Positions 1 to 11,867 of a stretch of 64,000 nt of DNA are shown in pieces; position 1 is the first letter of the stretch, and the number at the start of each line of letters is the position of its first letter. The notes under the pieces were generated by a model. It was given only the letters and a program-made list of their open reading frames with translations, searched no databases and was not told the DNA's origin. Both the position numbers and the translations under genes were made by a program. Source of the stretch: Azolla caroliniana. Lineage: Eukaryota; Plantae; Polypodiophyta. Location of the stretch: assembly GCA_043228905.1 (NCBI GenBank), contig JBHGNT010000018.1, positions 11,284,001 to 11,348,000 on the forward strand, given 5' to 3'.

Positions 1-1
1 A

Positions 2-3000
2 ATGGAAGGAGGCGGCAGCGGGCAGCCGATGATGATGGTGCTGAATGCACAGAATTACGCCGACTGGAAGATCAAGATGGAGGATCTTCTGATTGTTCGG
101 GACCTGTACGAACCGATTGACAGGTCGGAAATACCGAAAGGGGTACTTGAGTCGGAGTGGAAGCTCCTGAACCGGAAAGCCGTAGCGACGATCCGACAAT
201 ATGTCGATGTAAGCGTCCTACAACATGTGGCGAATGACACCAACGCATATGAGATGTGGAAGAAGCTGTCGGGTCTCTACGAGAGGAAGAATGCGTTGAA
301 CCGGACCTCCCTGATGAGGAAGATAGTGAACCTCAAGTACCGGGACGGCGAGCGTATGGTCGAACACGTAAGCACGTTCATGGGATTCGTGAATCAGCTT
401 GCGGCGATCAAGTTCCCGTTGGAGGATGCAATGCAAGCCATCATCCTGATGTGTACATTGCCAGAAAGCTGGGAGAACTTGGTGGTGACTCTCAGCACCT
501 CCTGCACCGAAGATAACTTGTCCTTACAAACGGTAAAGACAAGTATCTTGAATGAAGAAGCGCGTTGGAGAGATAAGGAACCGACCTCCGACCCGAAGAT
601 GTTGTTTACCGAATCGGATCGGGGAAGACAATGGAACCGGAGTCCGCAAAGACGGGAGAAGTCGGGGACCCGGTCGCAGTCAAGAGGAAGACCCACATGC
701 TTCCACTGTGGGAAGCCGGGGCACTTCCGAAAGAATTGTCGGCATTACCGAAAAGACAACGGAGCCGACGACACCGATTCGAAGAAGTCACCAGAGAGAA
801 ACGGTGCATACCGGGGAGCCACGGACCGGAGAGGTTCGGATCGGCGAGGGCAGGACCGGAAAGGAACAACGGCACTCGCGGCAAGTGAGGAAGAAATCAT
901 GCTCATCACCGAAGAAGGAGAGCTAAACATTGCCGGCGATGAGACGACCTGGGTGGTCGACTCCGGAGCGTCGTTCCACCTGACCCCGGAGAGAAGATAT
1001 TTTTCATCCTACACAGCCGGTGAGCATGGCTGTGTTCGGATGGGAAATGAAGGTACGTGCCGGATTGCCGGCATCGGAGACGTGTGGTTGACAACCCCAA
1101 CCGGATGCAAAATGCTGCTGAAGGATGTACGACACGTTCCGGAGGTTCGATTGAACCTGATTTCGGCCGGGAGGCTAGACGATGAAGGCTACACGGGTAG
1201 CATCCGGAACGGCGTAATGAAGTTCAGCAAGGGGAGCCTGATAGTGGCTCGGGCCCGGAAGGTCAACACACTATACCTGATTAATGCCCGGTTATGTCCG
1301 GAAGAGCTGAATGTGGCAGCCGACACTGCCGGCGAGCTGTGGCACAAGAGACTGTGCCACATGAGCGAGAAGGGGATGAAGAGGCTTGCAGAAGACAACC
1401 TCATTCCAGTGAAGCATGTGCACCTGGAGAAGTGCACCGATTGCCTGGCCGGTAAGCAGAACCGAACCTCCTTCCACTCAAGGCCACCGACGAGACGTAG
1501 CGCACCATTGGAGTTGGTGCACACCGACGTGTGTCAGGTAGAAACGAAGTCACATGGCGGAGCCCTGTACTTCGTAACATTCATAGATGACCACAGCCGA
1601 AGACTGTGGACGGCACCTTTGAAGACAAAGGACCAAGTATTGTCCGTCTTCAAAGAACTCCACGCGAGGTTGGAAAGGGAATCCGGCAAGAAGCTGAAAG
1701 CGATACGAGCGGATAACGGAGGAGAATACCGAGGGCAGTTCCAGGAGTACTGTCGCTCGAAGGGAATCCGACTCGAGTTTACTGTGCCGAAGACGCCGGA
1801 ACTGAACGGGCTGGCCGAGAGGATGAACCGGACCGTAATGGAGAGGGTCCGGAGTATGCTGGCGCATGCGAAACTACCCAAGGGGTTTTGGGCTGAGGCA
1901 ATGTCGACGGCGACATATGTGATAAACCGATCACCCTCAGTACCTTTGGACGGAGACACGCCGCAGAGAGTGTGGACCGGTAGGGAAGTATCCTACCGGC
2001 ATCTGAAGGTGTTCGGGTGTCTCGCATACGTGCATGTGGCAAAGGACCGGAGAGGAAAGCTAGATCCAAAGACCCGGCCATGCATATTCCTCGGTTACGG
2101 CGACGACGAGTTCGGCTACCGAGTATGGGACCCGGTCGACAAGAAGATATTCAGGAGTCGAGATATCATCTTCATGGAGGACAAGACACTCGCCGACTGT
2201 GAATCGGAGAAGAAGATGAAGAGCTCCAAGTCGACCGGTGAGGATCAACTCTACGAGGAGCAGTCCCGACCGGCAAGGGACCGGTTAACACTCGAGGATC
2301 CGGCCGAAGACGGTGAAGAAACAGAACCGGCCGAAGAAGATGAAAATGATACCGGAACCGGCCCCGATCCCGAAATGGATTCGGATGAAGAAGAATCGGA
2401 AGAACCGGTTACCGAAGCTCCGGAACGGAGATATCCTCTAAGAGAGAGAAGGGCCCCCCGGAGATTTCCGGAACCAGAGCACGTGCTGCTAACCGACGAG
2501 GGGGAGCCGGAGAGCTTTGAAGAAGCAAAGCATGACACCTAGAGCCGCAGGTGGTTGAGTGCCATGCAGGACGAGATGGATTCCCTGCATGAGAACCACA
2601 CATATGAACTTGTGGAGCTGCCGAAAGGAAAACGGGCACTCCGCAACAAGTGGGTGTTCAAGCTGAAACCGGGAGATGCCGGAAACCCCCCGAGATACAA
2701 AGCCAGGATCGTGGTGAAGGGGTTCCAGCAGAAGAAGGGCGTCGACTTCGACGAAATATTTGCCCCGGTAGTAAAGATGACCTCCATCCGGACGGTGCTG
2801 AGCATAGCGGCAAGCATGGACCTCGAGGTAGAACAGATGGACGTGAAGACGGCATTCCTTCACGGTGACCTCGAAGAAGAGATCTACATGCAGCAACCGG
2901 AAGGATTCGAGAAGAAAGGGAAGGAGCACCTGGTATGTCGGTTGAAGAAGAGCCTTTACGGACTGAAGCAGGCTCCCCGACAATGGTACCGAAAGTTCGA

Positions 3001-4075
3001 CTCTTTCATGACCGACGAAGGGTACATCAAAACGCAGTCCGACCACTGCGTGTTTGTGAAGAAGTTCGAAGGAGGAGACATTCTAATACTCCTCCTGTAT
3101 GTGGACGACATGTTGATCGTCGGACGGGACCAGGTCAAGATACGGATGCTGAAGAAGGCTCTTCACCGAACCTTCTCAATGAAGGACCTGGGTTCGGCGA
3201 GACAAATCCTAGGGATGCACATCATCCGGGACCGGAAGAAGAAGCTGTTGTGGCTGTCACAGGAGAAGTACGTGACGAAGGTGCTTCACCGGTTCAACAT
3301 GTCGGAAGCAAGACCGGTCGGATCGACCCTCCCGGCAAACTGCAAGCTGTCCAGCAAGCAAAGTCCCAAGACAAAGGCTGGAAAGGAGGATATGATGAAA
3401 GTGCCGTATGCCTCAGCCGTCGGGAGCTTGATGTACGCCATGGTGTGTACGAGACCGGACATAGGATATGCAGTCGGAGTGGTGAGCCGGTACATGAGTA
3501 ATCCCGGCAAAGAGCATTGGAACGCGGCCAAGTGGATACTCCGATACCTGAAGGGCACGGCAAACGTGTGCCTCCGATTCGGCTCCGGTCAGCCCGAACT
3601 CGACGGCTTCACCGATTCGGATATGTCGGCTGATGCAGATACCAGCCGGTCCACATCAGGGTATGTGATGACGTATGCAGGGGGAGCTGTTTCATGGCAG
3701 TCGAGGCTGCAGAAGACGGTTGCGTTGTCAACCACGGAGGCGGAGTACATGGCAGCTGTTGAAGCCGGCAAGGAAGTAATATGGATGAAGGACTTCATTA
3801 GAGAGCTCGGTATCCGACAGGAGGAGTACCGACTCTACTGCGACAGTCAGAGTGCAATCCACCTTGCGAAGAACGCGGCCTATCACTCCCGGACGAAGCA
3901 CATCCAGCGAAGATATCACTGGATCCGGGAAAGGATAGAAGACAAGGAGTTCGTGCTGACGAAGATCCACACGGACGAGAACGGGTCGGATATGCTGACC
4001 AAGGTGCTCAACCCCGACAAGCTGGAAGCATGCCGGAAGAGGATCGGATTGGAGAGACATCCCATGCCGAAGTGA
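2..4075 (+). pseudogene. gag-pol: Copia gag-pol polyprotein with one in-frame stop (TAG at 2540-2542)
   Basis: CFHCGKPGHFRKNC knuckle, VVDSGAS protease, WHKRLCH/CTDC and DDE integrase, LLYVDDM RT, TDSD/CDSQSA RNase H; the stop is CAG in the sister copy at 33162-37235. Confidence 0.95.
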
Positions 4076-4085
4076 AGGGGGAGTT

Positions 4086-4705
4086 TGTTGGGATTTCGGT
4101 CCCTTCAGATGGGATGGTTGGACGTCGGAGGCCAAAGTCGACAAGCCCGGTTTCGGTTTCGGAACCGGATGATGAAGACCCCGACTTCGGAGTCGGATGA
4201 CGAATGTGCCCGAAGAAGAGATCCGGATGCAGGGACATATCCGTGAATATGTCTGCTAAGGGCCCCTCTGAGGCTATAGTTGTAAATAGCCCTAAAGTCA
4301 TATATGTATAAATATGACTTAGGGCAAACAGTTTTTCTTCTGCTTCTCATTTTTCTGTTTTTCCACTCAAGAGGAGTGAAGAGAGAGTGCAGCCGTGAGA
4401 GAGAGAGAGATAGAGCGCGAGAGAGAAAGAGGACGACGCCTCTGTGTATTTCCGCCGCCTGTGGCGAGGACAGCGAGCTCAAGGTCGTCGCCTTGGAGCT
4501 CGCCACTGTATACTTCTCTTTGTATAGTGTTGTTTGGAGTCTTGTACTCCCGTGGTTTTTCCCATCTAGGGTTTTCCACGTTAAATCCCTGTGTGCTCGT
4601 GTTTTGTTTCTTTCTCCGTGTGGTTCCTATTTTCTGCTCCATTGATCAGCGATTACTCGGTTGTGGCCGAGCGGTGAAGGTGAATAGAAGCGCCTATTCC
4701 TTACA
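4086..4705 (+). repeat. 3' LTR of first copia
   Basis: Starts TGTTGGGATTTCGGTCCC as in the sister LTRs, TATAAAT near 4307, ends TTACA; the end is inferred from resumption of host copia sequence. Confidence 0.8.
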
Positions 4706-5050
4706 GATCGGTCATGAATTGCCACAACTTGTCGGCTCCTAAGGCTTTAGTGAAGATGTTGGCCGTTTGAAGATTTGTGCTAATGTGTTGTAGGTCGACA
4801 TCGCCACCTATAACGCGCTCTCAGATGAAGTGATAGTGCACTTCGATGTGCTTTGTCCGTGCGTGGAACACCGGGTTCCGAGCCAGACAGATACTGCTCA
4901 TGTTGTCGCAGTAAAGGGAAGTTAGATCCTTGATGGGTACGCCCAAATACTTCAAAATCCTCTTAAGCCATACGGCTTCACACGCAGCTACGGTTGCACC
5001 CCTGTATTCCACCTCTGTACTCGAAAGAGCGACGGTAGGCTACTTCTTGC
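4706..5050 (-). pseudogene. Copia RNase H remnant, left part of the host split by the 5051-18272 insertion
   Basis: EYRGATVAACEAVWL..CDNMSS..HARTKHIEVHYHF; continues at 18273. Confidence 0.85.
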
Positions 5051-5527
5051 TGTTATGCGTTCCTTTAGGTGAACACCTTCGATAGATCTGCGGCTATCGG
5101 TACTCAAGGGCGTGGTACGTGAAGGCTCGTAACAGAGGCATCGTGAGGGAGAAAATGATCAGAGATAAAACACTAGCGAGATCGTGATAGGCGTGGGCAG
5201 CGCTGAAATCATAGGTATGAACCAAAGCACAGACACATGGAGCAAAATGGGCACAAATCAGATATATTACTGCGACAGAAAAAGGATTACAGAACACGGC
5301 ATACGGCTGGTGACCTTACAGGATTATCTAGTTACGATGGACTAAGCTTGTGCTTCCGCCTATATTTTTCTTTCCCCCCTCTCTGAGGTACTGGACCTTG
5401 TTTAAATAACGTTTCCCCTAATACACAGCCGAGCCATTGGTGGCCCGTGATACTCAGACTCGGCGCTCGGTTACACTACCGCCGTTTGCTAATTTCCTAA
5501 TTTTACATTTCTGTCCTCTGGACAACA
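5051..5527 (-). repeat. 3' LTR of element A
   Basis: TGTT..AACA, about 95% identical by eye to 17796-18272. Confidence 0.95.
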
Positions 5528-5529
5528 CC

Positions 5530-5546
5530 TGGTACGCCCGTGGGAC
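5530..5546 (+). other. Inverted PBS-like motif (tRNA-Arg 3'-end match) at the position where element A should have its PPT
   Basis: TGGTACGCCCGTGGGAC 2 nt from the LTR; no purine tract on the sense strand. Confidence 0.75.
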
Positions 5547-5639
5547 CGGACCTTGTATGTCAGACCCACGACTTACAAACTACTAGCAATATTACAAAAA
5601 TTGCGTTTTAGGTGTGATCCTCGTTTCATTCCTCTTTTA

Positions 5640-7958
5640 AGATGTCGAGGTTGTTTTCGGGGTCCGGGGTGGTGGCAGGGTGGTCTGGTTGTACTGTTGG
5701 TGCGGGGGGTTGAGTTTGGTCCGGGGGTGTCATATCCTCTTGGGCGTCCGCCTTAGGTGCGGCCGATTCTTCAGGTGGTGGTGTGGGTTCGAGGGCATTG
5801 ACCTCTACTTCGACTGGATCTAGTACCGTGTGGGCGTCCTCGGGAGGTTTGTTGGCTGGGGGGAGTTCCTCCTGTGCCGTGTCCGTGATCCCCTCGCTGG
5901 AAGGTTCTTCCTTCTGCTCTGTGGCCGTTGGAGGGCTGGTTGGGATGGCTGCGAGCCGTTCTCATTCGAAGGCTTCTGCTTCGAGGTGAAACAACATCTG
6001 ACCGTCATTGAAGTCCTCCAGTATTTGCTCGATTGCCGCGGTGTGAGATTTTGCCAAGGACTGGTAATCCTCGGTTAAATCTGCACGCAGGTTTTGTATG
6101 CTGGCTTCGTCCATTTTGTAAAAGCCGCGGCCCTCCTTCCGTCGGTTCTCGGCGTCGGCGCGTAAAATATGCAATTCGGCAGCTTGGGCTGCCCATTCGT
6201 CTCCTGCGCGACTTAATGTTTCTTCGACCTTTTTGGCGAGGTGCTGGCGCTGTTTCTTGATCAGTATTCTGATGCGTGTCTCATCCATGCCGGGCTGTGC
6301 TCGGACGACTGCTAATTCCTGTTTTAAGCCGTTGACCTCGGCCTGAAGCTTCTTTGCTAGTAGTTCATAGCTGATTTGAGTGTTCTTTGCATCCGCGGTT
6401 ACGAGCTGGATAGACTGCTCGTAATGCTTGGTGAGTTCTTCGGTAGCTTTCTCCCATTCTTTTTGACACACGGCCCGGACTTGTTCCCGTTCGACGATTC
6501 TCTCTTCTTGTAGGGCGAAGTAGGAATCAGATAATTCGTCTTTTTGCTTCGAAAGTAGCTTGCATTTGATGAAAAACTCGTCAGCCATTTCTTTAAGGGT
6601 CGTACGCTGACTCTGCAGCTCAGCATTCTCTGCGATCATTCTCTCCTCCTGTGGGCAATTTCTTTCCTCCTGCCGGTGGTTCCAGTCTTTCGCATTGTCG
6701 AGCGCGGCCTGTAGGTCTAGGACCTCCTTCTCTTTCTCTGCCATTGTGGCCGCGTATTCCTCTAGCTTGCTTTTGAGTTCGGCTTCTTTGCCCGCGGCTT
6801 GCGCTTGTACCCGGCCCAGTGCTTCGTTCTGCTCGTGTATCCTTTGATCGGCTTGGGCTCTAATCTCGGCCATTTTCTTGGAAGCTTCTTCTTTTAGGCG
6901 AGTCATCGCCTCCTGATGCCGTTGTTCGTGTCTCTCGGTCCGCCGTTGATCTTCTTTAAGCTCCTCTCGGTAATCCCGGAGTGGGGGTTCTGTCTGGGTT
7001 GCCACCTCCTTGGGTGGACGAGGGGGTAGTTTCTCGGTTTTCTCCATGGGCGTGGTCGCCTCGGTTGTTGTGTAGGCATCGACCATTTGTAACGAGTCCG
7101 TTAGTGTGTTGGCCTGGATCGTCAGGATTGAATCCGTGACGGTGCTTTCATCTATCATTGTTATGCGTGGAGGGGCTGGGAGGGCCTCGGTGGTCGTGGC
7201 CGGAAGGCTCAAGAGTTGTTGTTCCGGACGGTTTTGCTCCCAGGCTACCAGTTTCTGTTTCGTAGCGTGCCATAATTCTGTAGCCACCTTAGCCTGTTTT
7301 TGGGCTATTTTTATCTTTCGGGCCATGTTTTTGGCTGCTCGCGTAGTGTGATCCAGGTCCCTGTATGCCTCGATAAGGGCCGTGTTCAACTCGGGGACCT
7401 CCATGAGGAAAGCGGCCTGTTTTGCCTGCTTCTTTCTCCCTATTTTTTGTAAAGCCCTTTCGTCCTGGGGCTCAATTTCACCTAATAGCGCGCGTTGAAT
7501 CATTTTTGTTTCGGCGTGCTCTTCCGCCATTCGAGCGGCTGCCGCGACTTGGGCTCTGGCGAGGAAGTCGACCAGCTCAAATGTCGTACCGAGGCGTAGG
7601 AGCGCACTAAATTCGTAAGCCTCCGCGGGGAGGTCTTTATACCCGAGGACTTCATCCTCCGAGATCTGCGTTGTCAGCCCATGCTCGATCTTTCCTGGGT
7701 TCAGCGATGCCTCCTCAAGGATGATGGCCAGGTTGCTCTGGCTGACAACTAAGGCTTGCTCCTGTTGTGGCTCTTTCTGTTCTGCCGAGGACTAGGGGTT
7801 GAGTCGTCTTCTCTTGCTCGGTTGGGTTAGGGGTTCCGGGGTCGATAGTGTCGTTTCCTCCGCCTGCTTCCTTTTCTAGGGTCGTGGTGATGCTGCCTGC
7901 TGTGTGTTGGGGCGTGGGCTAGGCCCTGGGGAAGTTACCGAGGGGCGTGGCGTTGGCT
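5640..7958 (-). pseudogene. Extra ORF of element A, C-terminal part (long coiled coil; ORF 5962-7530)
   Basis: 522-aa E/K/Q/A-rich heptad-like ORF; in frame with 11106-11867 once element B is removed; a few C-to-T-type stops. Confidence 0.75.
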
Positions 7959-7963
7959 GTCGA

Positions 7964-8391
7964 TGTTATACGTTTTTAGGGTTAGGGTTAATGAGAATGA
8001 TAATGATGATCATTGCGGGGTGGGGGGTGGTGCCTAGAATGGCTCCACCCCCCTCCCAAGGGGGTTTAACGTTGAGGGGGAGAGAGAGAGAGAGAGAGAT
8101 GAAAAGAGAGATAGAGAGAAATGTTCCTTTCATTCATTCATTCCCCATAAAGGGGTTAAATAATACAAGAGGGGGTAGATACAAAGGGGTGTAAGCCCCC
8201 TAGAGCATTCATATTGGACACTCACTCACACCTCATCGTATCCCTCCACATGCACACACGTGTGCATGTGTTCACATACATATCGACTCACAATTACATT
8301 TATGTTCCCTGCACATATACAACATCATCATGATAATATTCGACCCTCGCTCATCACACTTGACTCTCCGTACAGCTCGTACGGGATAACA
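7964..8391. repeat. Left LTR of element B
   Basis: TGTTATAC..GGATAACA, repeated at 10681-11104. Confidence 0.95.
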
Positions 8392-8396
8392 CAATA

Positions 8397-8410
8397 TGGC
8401 ACGCCCGTGG
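8397..8410 (+). other. PBS-like motif, tRNA-Arg(UCU) type, element B left
   Basis: TGGCACGCCCGTGG 5 nt after the LTR. Confidence 0.8.
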
Positions 8411-10665
8411 AAAAGTGCCTTGCACGTCGATCCCACATGCCTTGATGATGATATCTCTTCGACCGGAACTTCCATCGGTCCTTTCAACGATCGACTCCCT
8501 CGATCGGAGCGCTTGACTCGATCATCTCCATCGGTCAGTGACTTTTCCGTGACACGAACATTCTCATTCTGTCGTCTTATGAACTTTGGTATCCTCTTTC
8601 GGGTCCTTAAAAATGTTGTGTGTATGTATGTTATTCTTTGTTGATTTTGTGAGTTGTCGTGGTCGATCACGTCCATTTCTTTAGGTGGATGAGATTTCAA
8701 ATTTTGATTAGGTGCCCTTTGATTTTTAAAATTTTCTTATATACCCTCAGGTTTTTACAATTATGCTTGATACCCTCATGTATCTAGAATTCCAATAGTG
8801 CCCTTAGGTTTGTTTTTCGAAATTTCTTGGATGTCCTCAGTTTCCAAAATCCGCGGATGCTCCGTATGGTTATCTTTTTCCCTCCCTCTTTTCTGTTTTA
8901 TCTTCCTCTCTCACACTCTTGCCTCTTTGCAAACCCTAATTTTTCTACTCAATCTTTCTCTTTTTATTTTTCTGTTTCCTCTCTTTCTCTTCCTCTTTTT
9001 CTTTCGCTTGTTTTTCTCTTTCTTTTCTGTTTTTACATATCCTGTCAGCCTCCTATCAGGTCTCTGCCTGAGGTGGTGGTTGTTTCACCATTCTGGCCAC
9101 TGGCCGGCTATTCTGATTGTGTCGGCTACTCCTGCCACTCCATCTCAGTCTCCGGCTCCGGTGCCAGCCAGCCCATCGTTTCGGCAACTCTGGCTGTCTA
9201 TTTAGGGTTTCAGGCCACCGCTGTTATTTGGCCGCCACTATGCATTGAGACCATCGTCTGGCCGTTGCTTTCCTTGGTCGCTGTTCAGCCGCTTCGACCG
9301 CTGATTTTTGGCTATCGCCGCCCTTTGTCCGGCTATCACCACTTCATCTCACCGGCCATTCCCTCCGGCCGTCGATTGTTGTCCGGCCATCCGCTGTCCA
9401 CTCGTATCTCCAACCATTTTCATCTCCCATCTCTGTGTCTGTCTGGCCCGTCCGGTTACTCTTCTGCGGTTGTCCGACCGTCGGTCCGGCGATCTCCATC
9501 TTATGGCCCGTTCGTTCGTCCACCCGGTCTGGTCGACGGTCCGGTCGATGTCTAGCCTTCTCCATCTTAGTCGTTGTCCGGCGTCGTCCATTTGTCCAGT
9601 CCAGCCGCCTTCATTTCGATGTTGTTCGGCCACTCTGACCAATGTTCTGCCATTCCGGTCGCTCTTGCCGCTCTCCGGTCACTCCGGCCGCTCCGGTTTC
9701 TGTCTAGCCACTCTGCCCGCTCTTCGGCCACTGTCCGACCGTCGTTGCTTTGGTTGTTGTTCGGCCAGTGCCACTATTGGGCTATTGTGAGGCCGACGCC
9801 GCTGTCTTTGTCAGGGGCATCCGGTTGCCGCCACTCCGTCCGTTGCTATTCGACCACCGCTCCGGCCATTGGTTGTTTGGCCACCACAATCCGGTGATCG
9901 TCCCGGCTTCATCATCATTCCGGCCGTTCAGCCCATCCGGTCATGTTTGTCTCTGTCCGACCGAGCCGCTACTGGTCAGCCACCACTCTATCCATTGGTA
10001 TGTGGCCACCGCCATCCGATCGTTTTCATTCTGGTCGTCGTTTGTCAGTTCTCTGTCCAGCCCGTCTAGCCATTCCAATCGCTGTTGTCGTCCTTGTCTT
10101 GTCTTCTTCGTTTTCCATGGCTGTGCATTTCGGCTGTCGTCTCCATCTATTTGTTGTTGATTATTTTAGCAATGGTGACCCTAATGATTATGATTACAAC
10201 GAAGAATAACTGCACATTCCTTCATATGCATCATCTTGGAGATCATGGTTTATGAACAAACGATGCTTATTATGAGTGCCACCATGATATGAATCATGCT
10301 CACATGCGTTGTGGCGGTTAATGTAGGTGTTAGTATCAGGGTTACTATAAGGGCTAGAGGCACGCACTTAGGGTTAGTACACTAAGAGTTTAGGCTAAAC
10401 TCATAAGGCCCATGGGTGTAGAAGAAACTAGGGCTAGGGTATCTAGTGCAAGGAATGGTAGAGGAGTTAGCGTTAGGAAAATAGGAATAGAAAATGGGGT
10501 TAGGGTTACAGGAGTAGTGATTATCCAAAGACCAAAAATGATGATAATGCTCAGAGACATCATCAATCTACCATTTTCATCATTTCTCGCACATTTCTTG
10601 TACATTGTCGGTTTGTATCGCCGTGTATCATTCTTCGACTCCGTTTGCAAAGGGGGGTTGCCTTA

Positions 10666-10675
10666 GTGGTCGCCA
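10666..10675 (-). other. PBS-like motif, tRNA-Arg(UCG) type, element B right
   Basis: Minus strand TGGCGACCAC 5 nt from the LTR. Confidence 0.7.
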
Positions 10676-10680
10676 AAAGG

Positions 10681-11104
10681 TGTTATACGTTTTTAGGGTT
10701 AGGGTTAATGAGAATGATAATGATGATCATTGCGGGGTGGGGGGTGGTGCCTAGAATGGCTCCACCCCCCTCCCAAGGGGGTTTAACGTTGAGGGGGAGA
10801 GAGAGAGAGAGATGAAAAGAGAGATAGAGAGAAATGTTCCTTTCATTCATTCATTCCCCATAAAGGGGTTAAATAATACAAGAGGGGGTAGATACAAAGG
10901 GGTGTAAGCCCCTTAGAGCATTCATATTGGACACTCACTCACACCTCATCGTATCCCTCCACATGCACACACGTGTGCATGTGTTCACATACATATCGAC
11001 TCACAATTACATTTATGTTCCCTACACATATACAACATCATCATGATAATATTCGACCCTCGCTCATCACACTTGACTCTCCGTATAGCTCGTACGGGAT
11101 AACA
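10681..11104. repeat. Right LTR of element B
   Basis: Copy of 7964-8391 with about 3 substitutions and a GA-repeat indel. Confidence 0.95.
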
Positions 11105-11105
11105 G

Positions 11106-11867
11106 TCAAATGGTGACATCGTCTGCCGTGTTGTCCTCCATGGCTATCTCCTCCTCCCATTCGTGGTAGGTCTCAGAAACTGCCCTTTTTTGTTGGGGTT
11201 GGGTGGGTGGTGGTGCCGATGCGGGGTTTTGGTTGGCGGCAAGAGGTGAAGGCGATGTGGGCTCCTCCCATGCTTTGTGGCTGATGGCAACGAATTTCTC
11301 TCTCTGCCTTCGTGGTGGTGGTGGGGACGTGAGTTTGCAAGGGGAAGGGAGAGAAGAGGGTGGGTATAGAACCATCAAAAAGTGGGTAAGAACAAACAAC
11401 ATCTTCTTACCGGAATGGAATGAGGCTAAGGCGGCGTGGAGTCCTTCGTCTGTGATGATTCCCCAATCGACTCTGTTTCCTTCATACGCGCTAATGATGA
11501 TGGCTGCCTTGTTCTGCGGCATGCTCGTCGGGTTCGTATGCACGAACGCATACTCCATCAATATACGAGAAATCTCCCCGAAAGCTCTGTTGGGACCGCC
11601 ATACGTGCGATATGCCTTCCCTGAGGCTGAGTACTCATCGAAGTACTCTTTCAGCTTCGATGCCGGGGGTATGCCGATCTCATGGTCCCCTCCCCGTTGC
11701 AGGTCCAAAACAGCCCGAAGCACGTTGTTGGTGATGGCTTCGGGACAAATACGTTTAGCCACTCCTTGGGCATTTGGGTGCGCGGGGGCATCGATGATCT
11801 TTAGGTAACCGCCCATTCCTCGTTCCTGGAGCGAGGCGCAGGTTTCTGTTGAAGCAGTAAGAGGCAT
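11106..11867 (-). pseudogene. Extra ORF of element A, N-terminal part
   Basis: 253-aa ATG-initiated ORF with a globular-looking N-terminus (..GNRVDWG..) and a Pro-rich linker, cut by element B. Confidence 0.7.

Larger units (their letters stand above)
1..4705 (+). mobile_element. Ty1/copia LTR retrotransposon, TNT1/Tork-like (5' LTR outside window)
   Basis: Gag-PR-INT-RT-RH order, PPT GAAGGGGGAG at 4074-4083, 3' LTR TG..CA at 4086-4705, followed by an interrupted minus-strand copia RNase H. Confidence 0.95.
7964..11104. mobile_element. Non-autonomous, non-coding LTR element (element B) nested in element A
   Basis: Near-identical LTRs 7964-8391 and 10681-11104, TSD GTCGA/GTCAA, 2.3-kb interior without gag/pol motifs. 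Confidence 0.92.

Noticed and set aside
2540-2542. Programmed readthrough stop between INT and RT
   Set aside because: The sister copy has CAG here and its own stop elsewhere (34509-34511), so both are independent nonsense mutations.
55-3798. Numerous short antisense or alternate-frame ORFs
   Set aside because: Shadow ORFs of GC-rich gag-pol coding sequence.
5530-5552. tRNA gene
   Set aside because: Only a 3'-end match; no D arm, anticodon arm or complete cloverleaf is visible.
5962-7530. Host myosin/SMC-like gene
   Set aside because: It lies within the LTR pair, has no introns and is in frame with the element's extra ORF; the coiled-coil similarity is generic.
8798-10209. Overlapping ORFs in the element B interior as real genes
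   Set aside because: Low-complexity, stop-poor repeat DNA opens several frames; no domain motifs.
10360-10510. Interstitial telomere array
   Set aside because: Only scattered degenerate TAGGG units, not a tandem array.
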